From: an uncultured Verrucomicrobiae bacterium
GTDB taxonomy: Bacteria > Verrucomicrobiota > Verrucomicrobiia > Chthoniobacterales > JAFAMB01
DNA length: 64,000 nucleotides
Assembly (NCBI GenBank): GCA_963813025.1
Contig: CAWEXO010000002.1
Coordinates: 99,364 to 163,363 of the forward strand
Direction: 5' to 3'
The number at the start of each line of letters is the position of its first letter. Position 1 is the stretch's first letter. Shown here piece by piece: positions 50,592 through 59,734 of this stretch. The notes beneath the pieces are model-generated. The model worked only from the letters and a program-made list of their open reading frames with translations, made no database searches and had not been told where the DNA came from. The position numbers and the translations under genes are program-made.

Positions 50592-52811
50592 ATGAAGTTG
50601 CTGTTGCTTCTCTGCAGCCTGTTTTGCTTCCTGCTCACCGGGTCCGGACAGCAACCTGGCCTTTTCGGCCTCGGGCCCGGCACTTCTCAGCAGGTTCCGC
50701 TCGAGATCACCTCTGAAGGCGAGACGCGGATGGAGAACGGCCTGGCCATCGCGGAAAACAATGTTGTCATCCGGTACAACGACCTGTCGATTTACTGCGA
50801 CTACGCGCAGTACAATCCGGAAACCCACGATGCCTTTCTCCGTGGCAACGTGCGCATTTATCGGCAAGACCTCTATTTGTTTTGCGACCGGGCGATCTAC
50901 AATATTCAAACCAAGCAGCTCCGGGCGGCGGATTTCGGAAGTAACCGAAGACCGTTTCAATTCGTTGGCGACAATCTTTATTCGCCGGGAACGACCAATG
51001 AGTACCACGTCCGGCTGGGTTCATTCAGCACCAGCGATTCGTCCAGGCCGGATTATCAGATCAGGGCCAGGACCGTGCGCATTTACCCGAACGACCGCAT
51101 CATTTTTTCCAGTGCAACTCTCTACGTTGGCCGAATTCCGGTCTTCTGGTGGCCCTATCTGTATCAATCGCTGAACAATGAGTTTTCTTTAAATTTCAGC
51201 CCGGGATACAACACCAATTATGGCGCCTATCTGCTGACATCCGTCGGCTTCCCCATCACCAAGGATTTGGAGGCCACTGCCCACTTGGACCTGCGGACTT
51301 TACGGGGGCCCGCCTTCGGTTTGGATCTCAGTTATGCACTGGGTCCCGACAAGGAAACGTTCGGGCGCGCCAGAACCTATTTTCTGGATGATCTCGATCC
51401 AAACATAAACGAAACCTCGCTGGCGCGCCCGCCGATTTCGCCTGGTCGCTATCGCCTCTCATATCAGTCCCGTACCTACATCACTCCTGACCTCGTTGCA
51501 GTCGTCGATTTCAATAAACTCAGTGATCCTTTTCTTCTGCAGGATTTTTATCCCTACGAGTTTCAGGTCAATCCCGAGCCGGACAATTTCCTGGAGCTGC
51601 AAAAAAAAGGCGAGGCCTACACCCTCACTGCCACGCTCCGTTACCAGGTCAACAATTTCTTCGAAACGACGGAACGTTTGCCGGATGTGAACTGGGAGGT
51701 GGCCCGCACGCCTCTGTTTAACAGCCCTATTTTTTACGAAGCCACGACCAGCGCCGGCTTACTGCGCCGTGCGTTCGAAGGTGGTTCGCCTAACCCGGAT
51801 TACCAGAGCTTTCGACTCGATTCCTTTCATCAGTTGCTTTATCCAAAAACCTATTTCGGCTGGCTCTCAATCGTCCCGCGGGTCGGAGTGCGGGCTACCT
51901 ATTATTCAACTTCCGGCACTTTCATCCAAGCCGATCCGGCGACTGGCATTGAGGAGGGAGAAGTCATCAAGCGTGGTGGGCAGATCCGTTTCGTCTACAA
52001 CACCGGGGCAGAAGCATCGTTCAAGTTGTCCCGCGTTTTCGAAGGAGTGCAGGTGCGCTGGCTGGGGCTCGATGGACTCCGGCATATCATCCAGCCGTAT
52101 ACGAATTTTTCTTACGTAGGCGACCCAACAGTCAAACCTCAGAATATCCTCCCTTTTGACCGGTTCATCGCCAGTACACAGATACCGCCGATTGATTTTC
52201 CCCAGTTCAATTCCGTCGATTCCATTGATCATTGGACCATCTGGCGCTTCGGCGTTCGGAACCGGCTACAGACGCGCCGCGACAATTCCACCATCAATTG
52301 GCTCGATGTAGACACTTATTGGGATATGAACTTCGAGAATCCGTTCTCCACCTCGCACTTTTCCGAGATCGTCAATAAAATCAGGCTCTCTCCGGTCCCC
52401 TGGTTCTCGATTGGCATCGACTCGCAGTTTCCTGTCGATAATAAGGGATTCTGGGAGGTGAACACTTACGCCGATTGGGTGATCACGCCCAGCGTGGAAG
52501 TACGCGTCGGCGACCGCTATCTCGACCACAATCCCGAGTTTGCGAACAGTAACCTGATCACGTTTCTGACGTATTACCGACTGAATGAGAACTGGGGTCT
52601 TAGCCTGTATGAGCAGTACGAAGCAGCTACCGGAACCTTTCAGGAACAGCAGTACGGTATTCACCGCGACCTGAGCAGCTGGGTAGCCAGCCTCATCTTC
52701 TTCACCCGGGACAATGGCGCCGGGAAGAGAGATCTCGGTGTGACCGTATCTTTCACCTTGAAGGATCTCCCGAATTTTGGATTCGAGGTGAACCCCTCGC
52801 CGGGGCAGTAA
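50592..52811 (+). CDS. lptD: LPS assembly outer-membrane protein, LptD-like
   Basis: Signal peptide, OstA-like N-terminal domain, IPVFWWPY, PGYN, aromatic-rich beta-barrel; LPS gene neighbourhood. Confidence 0.8.
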   Translation: MKLLLLLCSLFCFLLTGSGQQPGLFGLGPGTSQQVPLEITSEGETRMENGLAIAENNVVIRYNDLSIYCDYAQYNPETHDAFLRGNVRIYRQDLYLFCDRAIYNIQTKQLRAADFGSNRRPFQFVGDNLYSPGTTNEYHVRLGSFSTSDSSRPDYQIRARTVRIYPNDRIIFSSATLYVGRIPVFWWPYLYQSLNNEFSLNFSPGYNTNYGAYLLTSVGFPITKDLEATAHLDLRTLRGPAFGLDLSYALGPDKETFGRARTYFLDDLDPNINETSLARPPISPGRYRLSYQSRTYITPDLVAVVDFNKLSDPFLLQDFYPYEFQVNPEPDNFLELQKKGEAYTLTATLRYQVNNFFETTERLPDVNWEVARTPLFNSPIFYEATTSAGLLRRAFEGGSPNPDYQSFRLDSFHQLLYPKTYFGWLSIVPRVGVRATYYSTSGTFIQADPATGIEEGEVIKRGGQIRFVYNTGAEASFKLSRVFEGVQVRWLGLDGLRHIIQPYTNFSYVGDPTVKPQNILPFDRFIASTQIPPIDFPQFNSVDSIDHWTIWRFGVRNRLQTRRDNSTINWLDVDTYWDMNFENPFSTSHFSEIVNKIRLSPVPWFSIGIDSQFPVDNKGFWEVNTYADWVITPSVEVRVGDRYLDHNPEFANSNLITFLTYYRLNENWGLSLYEQYEAATGTFQEQQYGIHRDLSSWVASLIFFTRDNGAGKRDLGVTVSFTLKDLPNFGFEVNPSPGQ

Positions 52812-52993
52812 GGCGTACTGCGTATTGAGTATCGGCGTGTTGCGTAATTAACAGACGCCAGCGCGCCTGTTAAGAGTTTTTTAGCCCGCAATGAATACGT
52901 CGCTCCGGCTTTTTGCATGATTTTTGCGGGCTAGAATCGCTGGACAAAAGCGCGGAGAACGCTATCTGAAAGGCTCGTTCTGAAGTGCAACCT

Positions 52994-54313
52994 ATGGAAA
53001 TTGCGATAATTGGTTCCGGGTATGTCGGACTGGTCACTGGCGCCTGCCTGGCCGATGTCGGTCACACGGTAGTGTGCGTCGACAACGACGTGAGGAAGGT
53101 TGATCTGTTGCGGCGCGGCCAGATTCCGATCTATGAACCTGGACTGGAGGAAGTTGTTCACCGCAACGCCGCGGCGCGGCGCCTGCGCTTCACCAGCCAG
53201 ATCGAAGATGGCGTCGATCATGCACAAATCATTTTTATCGCCGTGCCCACCCCTCCCCGAGCCGACGGGAGCGTCGACCTGACCTACATCGAGAAAGTCG
53301 CGCGCGAGATCGCCGCGGTTTTGAAAGAGTATCGGGTCATCGTCGACAAGAGCACCGTGCCGGTAAAGACCGGAGAAAAGGTAGCCGACACCATCCGCCG
53401 CTACAATCGGACCGGGGTCGCTTTCGACGTGGTAAGCAACCCGGAATTCCTGCGGGAAGGCTGCGCAGTCAGCGATCTCATGAACCCTGACCGGATCGTC
53501 ATTGGCTCGAATAGCGATCGCGCACTGGATTTGTTAAAAAAAGTATATGAGCCCTTCATGGCGCCCATCATGGTCACGGACATCAACAGCGCAGAGCTCA
53601 TCAAGCATGCCGCGAATTCTTTTTTGGCCCTGAAAATTTCCTACATCAACGCGATCGCCTCAATCTGTGAAGCGAGCGGCGCCGACGTCGAGAAAGTGGC
53701 CGACGGCATTGGCGCGGACAAACGGATCGGCCGTCCTTTTCTCAACGCGGGGTTGGGATACGGTGGTTCTTGCTTCCCGAAAGATATCGCGGCTTTCGTT
53801 GCCATCAGCGAGCAACTCGGCGTGCCGTTTGATCTGCTGAAGGAGGTGCAGCGGATTAATTTGAGCCAGCGTTCCCAATTCCTCAAAAAGATCCGGGACA
53901 CTCTCTGGGTCCTTCAGGACAAACGGATTGCGGTCTGGGGACTCACCTTTAAACCAGACACCGACGACGTCCGCAACTCCGTGGCGATCGACCTGGTCAA
54001 CGATCTTCTCAATGAGGGGGCGAGAATCACGGCTTACGATCCCAAAGGAGTATCCAAGGTCCAGGAATGGAATCTCTGCAAAGGCGCGGTTTTTGCCGAC
54101 TCGGCCCTGGAAGCGGTGCAGGATGCCGAAGCGTTGGTCGTTGCCACCGAGTGGCAGGAGTTTGCCCAGGCCGACCTGCAAGAAGTCTTCGGACGGATGC
54201 ACACACCTATCGTTTTCGACGGTCGCAACCTCTTCGACCCAGACACGATGCGAGAACTCGGCTTTCGCTACCACGGGATCGGACGGGGCGCAGCTGGGCA
54301 GCCCAATATCTGA
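52994..54313 (+). CDS. ugd: UDP-glucose 6-dehydrogenase
   Basis: IGSGYVGL, KSTVPV, SNPEFLREG, GYGGSCFPKD, FKPDTDD, DGRN. Confidence 0.95.
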   Translation: MEIAIIGSGYVGLVTGACLADVGHTVVCVDNDVRKVDLLRRGQIPIYEPGLEEVVHRNAAARRLRFTSQIEDGVDHAQIIFIAVPTPPRADGSVDLTYIEKVAREIAAVLKEYRVIVDKSTVPVKTGEKVADTIRRYNRTGVAFDVVSNPEFLREGCAVSDLMNPDRIVIGSNSDRALDLLKKVYEPFMAPIMVTDINSAELIKHAANSFLALKISYINAIASICEASGADVEKVADGIGADKRIGRPFLNAGLGYGGSCFPKDIAAFVAISEQLGVPFDLLKEVQRINLSQRSQFLKKIRDTLWVLQDKRIAVWGLTFKPDTDDVRNSVAIDLVNDLLNEGARITAYDPKGVSKVQEWNLCKGAVFADSALEAVQDAEALVVATEWQEFAQADLQEVFGRMHTPIVFDGRNLFDPDTMRELGFRYHGIGRGAAGQPNI

Positions 54314-54364
54314 GCCTGCATCGCTCGCAAAGTCCGCTGAGGATTTGCGGACGATACAGGCTCA
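54311..54364. repeat. REP-like hairpin, GCATCGCTCGCAA family, copy 1
   Basis: TGAGCCTGCATCGCTCGCAAA / TTTGCGGACGATACAGGCTCA. Confidence 0.7.
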
Positions 54365-54468
54365 AAAATGCTGGAATCAAAAGAGGAGTTGTGGAAGTTG
54401 TAGGGAGTAGTCCCGCACCTTTTTCCTCCCAATAATTACGAGAAGCCCGCGGGACCTCGCGAGGCTTT

Positions 54469-55707
54469 ATGTCCGGCAAGAACCCTCGTCTATGCTGCTT
54501 GTCTGCCCTGCAGCGGTGGGAGTCGGGTCGGGAATTTGCCGACGATGTACTCCACCAGAGCTTGCAACACTCTGGACTGAATAGCGTCAACCGCGCCTTT
54601 GTTACCGAGACATTCTACGGAGTAATTCGCCATCGGTCCCTGCTCGATTTTGTCATTCAGCAATTCCGCCCGACCGGCTTGGATATGCCAACCCGTCAGG
54701 TGCTGCGCCTCGGCATTTACCAGCTTTACAAAATGCGCATTCCTGACCATGCCGCGGTTTATGAGACGGTGAATATTGCCGGACCCGCGCGCACGTTGGT
54801 CAATGCCGTGCTGCGTCGATCGATTGCCGAACGTGCACACGTGCTAGAACAACTGGAGCACTCTCCTCCCTTCATCCGCTACTCACACCCGGAATTTCTC
54901 TGGCAGAAATGGGTGGCCCGCTACGGCGAAAAGCCAACGGAAAAGCTTTGCGAATGGAACAACCAGCCGGCACGGATTTACGTGCGAGCCAATCGTTTGC
55001 GAGTGACGCCGGGCGAACTGATCGAAAGCCTGCCGGAAACGAAACCTCTGCCGGAGCGTGAAGATTGCTTCGAGGTCGATCGCTTGCCGATCTTCTGGCT
55101 GACCTCCGGGGTTGCCTACGTTCAGGATCCGAGCACTCTGATGCCGTGTGACTTGCTGGCTCCGCACGCGGGAGAAGCCGTTCTGGACGCTTGCGCTGCT
55201 CCCGGCGGCAAGACCGGTTACCTGGCGCAATTGATGGATAATCGCGGGCGCCTCAGTGCCTGCGATTACGACAAAACCAGACTTTGCCGCCTTGAGCACA
55301 ACCTGAGCCGGCTGGGGGTCGCCAACGCGGAAGTCGTCCTGATCGATTGGCTGCATAACCCGCCGCCTTTCGACCAAAATGCCTTCGATGCGGTGCTGCT
55401 CGATGCTCCTTGTACCAACACCGGGGTCATTCGCCGCCGCATCGACGTTCGCTGGCGATTGACAGCGCACGATTTTCCGCGAATGCAGCGGCTCCAGTTG
55501 CGGATCCTGGAGTCGGTGCTGCCTTACCTGAAACCCGGCGGGCGGCTCGTCTACAGTACCTGCAGCCTGGAACCGGAAGAAAACGAGGAAGTCGTGGAGC
55601 GAATCAAGAACAGTGCGCCAATGTTGGAATTCGTGTCGAGCCAGAATCTATGCCCGAGCAGAGATGGCTACGACGGCGCCTTCGCCGCACTGTTCCACAA
55701 GAACTGA
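54469..55707 (+). CDS. rsmB: 16S rRNA m5C967 methyltransferase RsmB/Sun
   Basis: NusB-like N-terminal domain, VQD, DACAAPGGKT, DAPCTNTG, YSTCS...ENE. Confidence 0.92.
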   Translation: MSGKNPRLCCLSALQRWESGREFADDVLHQSLQHSGLNSVNRAFVTETFYGVIRHRSLLDFVIQQFRPTGLDMPTRQVLRLGIYQLYKMRIPDHAAVYETVNIAGPARTLVNAVLRRSIAERAHVLEQLEHSPPFIRYSHPEFLWQKWVARYGEKPTEKLCEWNNQPARIYVRANRLRVTPGELIESLPETKPLPEREDCFEVDRLPIFWLTSGVAYVQDPSTLMPCDLLAPHAGEAVLDACAAPGGKTGYLAQLMDNRGRLSACDYDKTRLCRLEHNLSRLGVANAEVVLIDWLHNPPPFDQNAFDAVLLDAPCTNTGVIRRRIDVRWRLTAHDFPRMQRLQLRILESVLPYLKPGGRLVYSTCSLEPEENEEVVERIKNSAPMLEFVSSQNLCPSRDGYDGAFAALFHKN

Positions 55708-55708
55708 T

Positions 55709-55752
55709 TGTCAGTGCCAGTGCTCGTTGCCAGTGCCAGTGTCGGTGCCAGC
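55709..55752. repeat. 6-bp tandem array (CAGTGC/CAGTGT)
   Basis: TGTCAGTGCCAGTGCTCGTTGCCAGTGCCAGTGTCGGTGCCAG. Confidence 0.7.
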
Positions 55753-55839
55753 TTCAAAAGAAATGAACCCAATTAGCTGTTTCAAATTCTTCTCTCAAAA
55801 AAGCAGCAAACTCTCCGGACAATTCTGCTGCCAGAGGCC

Positions 55840-55880
55840 GCATCGCTCGCAATCTCTAAGATTTGCGAGCGATGCAGGCT
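55840..55880. repeat. REP-like hairpin, GCATCGCTCGCAA family, copy 2
   Basis: GCATCGCTCGCAA / TTGCGAGCGATGC perfect 13-bp stem. Confidence 0.75.
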
Positions 55881-55897
55881 AGGGTATTTTCCGTCGC

Positions 55898-56266
55898 GTG
55901 CAAATCTCCCTCTTGAAATCGAAAGTCCACCGCGCGGTCGTAACAGCGGCTAACCTCAACTACGAGGGGAGCTTGACGATTTCGGCCGATCTGGCGGAGC
56001 AGGTTGGACTGGAAGAATATGAACGGATCCTTGTAGGTAACCTGGCCAATGGCGAGCGTTTCGAAACCTACGTTATCTATGGCGCGCGCAATCATGGATC
56101 AATCGAGCTTAACGGCCCGGCTGCTCACCTTGGCACACCCGGTGACCGATTAACGATAATGAGTTTTGGTTTATTCGAGTCGGCGGAAGCCCGCACTTAT
56201 TCGCCGAGGATTATCGTGCTGAACGAGAAGAACGAAGTCCTGCCTGAGAGAATCCTGACGGAATGA
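55898..56266 (+). CDS. panD: Aspartate 1-decarboxylase
   Basis: LKSKVHRAVVT, NYEGSLTI (GS self-cleavage site), NGERFETY, LNGPAA. Confidence 0.96.
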   Translation: MQISLLKSKVHRAVVTAANLNYEGSLTISADLAEQVGLEEYERILVGNLANGERFETYVIYGARNHGSIELNGPAAHLGTPGDRLTIMSFGLFESAEARTYSPRIIVLNEKNEVLPERILTE

Positions 56267-56269
56267 GTG

Positions 56270-56299
56270 CTAGTGCACCGTCTCTCATATACTGGTGCC
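56270..56299 (+). mobile_element. Solo terminal repeat of the 34915 MITE family
   Basis: CTAGTGCACCGTCTCTCATATA is identical to the MITE ends over 22 bp; no partner end found nearby. Confidence 0.75.
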
Positions 56300-56472
56300 A
56301 GGTGCCCGGGAAACGATCGAGACGTGATCCAACACTAAGAAGGTCAAGCGGAGCTTGCCCCCACCGACCTTAGGTGTTGCGAAACGATCTCCGAATTTTT
56401 GCCTACGAAGACAAGACAATAACACGTCGCGAGAGACTCTTCTGAAAACTGGCACCGGCACCAGCACTGACA

Positions 56473-57063
56473 CTAGCCCCGCAACACCTCGACAATGGCA
56501 ACAAATCTGGCCAACACCTCTCGCACCAAGGTCCGCCAGCTGCGCTGCCAGGCAACTGAGCGCGCATTAAATCCGATCGCGTTGAGCGCGTAGTGTTGGC
56601 AGAAAAATAGGGCACGCCGATTATGAAACTCCTGCGAGATCACCGTTACTTTACTGAGACCGTAGGCTTCGCGCGCCCGCCGCACCGATTCAATTGTCCG
56701 GAACCCGAGCGGATCGAGTTCCAGACACCGATCAGGCACATCACGCGCCTGCAGAGCACGCCGCATGTCTTCGGGCTCGTTGTAGCAGTCCGCCGGATCA
56801 ACCCGGCCACTCAAGATCAGACGTTTGACCTTGCCGGCGTGGTAAAGGCGGGCTGCCGCATCAATCCGTTCAACAAAGAAATGGTTTAATCGCCGGCTCG
56901 GCAAGAGGCGCGACGTGCCGAGCACCAGCCCGGTGTCATTGGCCGGAATATTCTCGACGGAATCAAACACCCGATCATTACCCGAAGCGCTTACCATCCA
57001 TTGGCAGAGCGCTGCGACCAGGCAAAGGCCGGCGCCGGCTAAAACTGTCGTTTCTCGTTTCAT
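56473..57063 (-). CDS. SanA/ElyC/YdcF (DUF218) family protein
   Basis: GLVLGT, RIDAAARLY, ILSG, YNEP..M, GFRT, ISQEFHNRRA, REVLAR. Confidence 0.88.
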   Translation of the reverse strand: MKRETTVLAGAGLCLVAALCQWMVSASGNDRVFDSVENIPANDTGLVLGTSRLLPSRRLNHFFVERIDAAARLYHAGKVKRLILSGRVDPADCYNEPEDMRRALQARDVPDRCLELDPLGFRTIESVRRAREAYGLSKVTVISQEFHNRRALFFCQHYALNAIGFNARSVAWQRSWRTLVREVLARFVAIVEVLRG

Positions 57064-57089
57064 CTGGCGACTTCCTTCACTCCGGCGTT

Positions 57090-57815
57090 TCAGCCGCTCA
57101 TCAGCGAACTCAACACCGAGCGGAAGCTGGCCGCATCCCATTGCCCGGTGACCACCGGTTGACCCAGCGAAACGTAAATCAACTCTGAACCAAGCAGCGC
57201 AAACACCAGACGAGATAGCTTACCGAGAGGTCCCATCCCGAGCATGGCAACAGGTCGCCCGGCTTGCGACTCAAGGAAGTCCGCCAGCGCACGCAGTTCC
57301 TGCCACTGATCGATTCGGCAAGCTACTTTGAAAATTGCGTCTTCGGAACAATTTTTAATCCGCTGTTCCAGCTCGCGTTGAGATGGCGGCTTGTCCAGGT
57401 AGTGACTGGAGATAATCAAGGACCGGCCAAGCTGTTTCGCGTGTTCGCAGACACCCGAAAACCGATCGAGATTTCGCCATTCGATATCGAGGTATTGCCC
57501 AAAGGGAAGCCACTCTTCCAACAGTTGGCGTCGCCGGTCTGCGCTTAGTTCGCCGGCACCGCCCTCCGCCGGGTCGCGCGCCGTCAGGATGAGTGGTTTA
57601 GAGACAATCTCCTTTTCTTCAATCATGGAGCAGGCGAGCGGGCCCAACAGATCCAAACGCAGCTCACAGAGGTCAACGGATTCGAGCCCACCTGTGAGGG
57701 CCACCGTCAGATCCGCCCGTGAAGCGAGCACTCCGACCAAGCGTAAGTTCTGTAGAGACTCCGGTGAAAAACGCAAATTGGGAAAAGGCTGCCTGCTAAA
57801 ACTTGATTCATCCAC
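57090..57815 (-). CDS. aroD: Type I 3-dehydroquinate dehydratase
   Basis: ELRLD, LILTARDPAEGG, DIE, ISSH, FKVA, MGPLGKLSR. Confidence 0.88.
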   Translation of the reverse strand: MDESSFSRQPFPNLRFSPESLQNLRLVGVLASRADLTVALTGGLESVDLCELRLDLLGPLACSMIEEKEIVSKPLILTARDPAEGGAGELSADRRRQLLEEWLPFGQYLDIEWRNLDRFSGVCEHAKQLGRSLIISSHYLDKPPSQRELEQRIKNCSEDAIFKVACRIDQWQELRALADFLESQAGRPVAMLGMGPLGKLSRLVFALLGSELIYVSLGQPVVTGQWDAASFRSVLSSLMSG

Positions 57816-57830
57816 ATTGACTTTCCGTTT

Positions 57831-58501
57831 TCAAGGACTCTCTAGCTTCTCGTAAAAACGGAGAGCTTCAATTCTCGGCGCCAAGTTACGCAGTGGATAG
57901 ACCCCCGCCGCACCTCCCGATCCTGGATCCTGGATCAAGTAGTTGAAACCACGCTTTCCCACGATCACCACAAAATGAGTGATCCCGCTCGGAAGATGAA
58001 GGCGGACAATTAGCGGGTTCCCCCGCAACAAATTACTGTCGATCAGAAAATAGGATGGTAAATCCTCATAAAGCTTGCGGGCGCTGCCCGGCGGAAATTC
58101 GGCTGCTTTCTCCCAGTACAGCCAGCCTTGCGGCGTGTACCCGCTTCGACTCTGGAGAAATTGGTTGAGCTTTCCCGGATCAATGTTGAACCCGTAAAAC
58201 GCCAGGACCATCGCGGCGGAGCTAATCGCGCACCCTTCCTCGCCCACGGTGGTTGGACCGAAGGCGAGAAGCTGATCGCCCCAACGGGGGTCGGCTTGCG
58301 CGTAACGCGGGACATTCAAAGCTAACTTGTCAAAAAAATAGAGACCGCCGCTCGAGGCAATGGTTCGATGGCCGAATAGTACCACGCAAAACTCGCCAAA
58401 AGCAGAACCACCAACAAAAGCAGCACGATTCTCCGAAAGCGGCGGCGTGAAGAGGGCAACTCGACATTCGGCTGCTCAATTGTCTTTCGGTCAGATTGCA
58501 T
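57831..58501 (-). CDS. Membrane-anchored C39-like cysteine peptidase, frameshift near 58375
   Basis: Q..DPRWG, GCAISSAAM (Cys), THFVVIVG (His), IQDP (Asp). The TM anchor RRIVLLLLVVLLLASFAWYY is in another frame; adding one T restores YYFGHRT. Confidence 0.75.
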
Positions 58502-58624
58502 AAAATTTCGGTGGACCGATTCCGGGAAAATCGCAAGAAAGGAAGCGCTCGCAAACAAATTGATAATGACACTGGCACTGGCACGGACGCCCACACTGAG
58601 GTTACACTGAGACTGGGGGTGTTC

Positions 58625-59545
58625 ATGATCGACCAGGAGTTTCGTCCGGCGCCTGCATTCATCCGCCCGTTTGGGTTTACCCTGTTATTGGCGGCAGTCC
58701 TTGCGTTGTCTTCTTGTCTCGGCCCCGCCACTGGCACAGACCAGAAGGCAGCCCTCTGGAAAGTCAAAGGCCGGACAAACACCGTTTATCTGCTCGGTTC
58801 TATTCATGTACTCCCGCGAAGCGCCTATCCGCTCAATCGTAAACTGCAGGCAGCCTTCGATGATTCACAACGCCTGGTTTTTGAAATAAACCTGCGCACG
58901 CTTACACCCGGTAATCTTCATCACGAATTTCAGCGCACCGGTTTCTACCCGCCCGGCGACCGCCTCTCTCGTCATCTGAGTCCGGAGGCCCAACGATTTC
59001 TGAAACACATCCTGCCGGCCCTTGGCACTTCGTTTGACCGAGTCCAGCAATTTCGTCCCTGGTTCCTTGCTGAAGTACTGAGTGCGCGCTATCTCCAGAT
59101 GCTCGGTTACCGCGACGATCTCGGCGTCGACGTCTACTTTTATCGCCAGGCGTTAGCGCGCGGCAAACCTGTCCTGGGGCTGGAGACTCTGCGGGATCAA
59201 GCAGGGATCTTCAGTTCGCTGGATGAACAGCACGACGAACAATATCTGATTGATACACTGGTCTCCCTGCCGGCTTACTCGCAACGGGTTGGTGCGCTGG
59301 TTTTTGCCTGGCAACACGGTCAGGTCGGCGAACTGGATCGACTCCTCAACCAGAATGAGGAAAACGATCCCACGAGCTTCCGGATCCTCTTCGCCCAGCG
59401 CAATCAGAAGTGGCTTCCCGAAATCGAGCGTTTCGCCCAAGCCAATGAAAACTATCTGGTGATCGTGGGCGCGGGTCATCTCGTGGGAAATCAAGGCGTC
59501 GTGGAGGCATTGAAACGAGCTGGCTACGACGTTAAGCAGCTCTAG
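58625..59545 (+). CDS. TraB/GumN family lipoprotein
   Basis: LALSSC lipobox, LWKV..., YLLGSIH, GVD, GLET, RNQKW, VGAGHL. Confidence 0.9.
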   Translation: MIDQEFRPAPAFIRPFGFTLLLAAVLALSSCLGPATGTDQKAALWKVKGRTNTVYLLGSIHVLPRSAYPLNRKLQAAFDDSQRLVFEINLRTLTPGNLHHEFQRTGFYPPGDRLSRHLSPEAQRFLKHILPALGTSFDRVQQFRPWFLAEVLSARYLQMLGYRDDLGVDVYFYRQALARGKPVLGLETLRDQAGIFSSLDEQHDEQYLIDTLVSLPAYSQRVGALVFAWQHGQVGELDRLLNQNEENDPTSFRILFAQRNQKWLPEIERFAQANENYLVIVGAGHLVGNQGVVEALKRAGYDVKQL

Positions 59546-59665
59546 CAGTGTCAGTGTCAGTGCCAGTGTTGGGACTCAGCCCGACTCGAATGCCTATAGG
59601 TCTTATCGGTCCCATAGTTCCCATAGGTCCCATAGCTCCTAGGACTAGCACCAGCAGTAGCAGCA
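59546..59665. repeat. Nested repeat element: 6-bp arrays flanking a 9-bp GGTCCCATA array
   Basis: CAGTGTCAGTGTCAGTGCCAGTG ... GGTCCCATAGTTCCCATAGGTCCCATAG ... ACTAGCACCAGCAG; the same 9-mer occurs at 6741-6805. Confidence 0.75.
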
Positions 59666-59734
59666 ATAAACTTTTCGACGCCCTCGCCGATAAAGGCATT
59701 GTGAGCGCGCGCGAAGGTCGCCACCCATGCTTTC

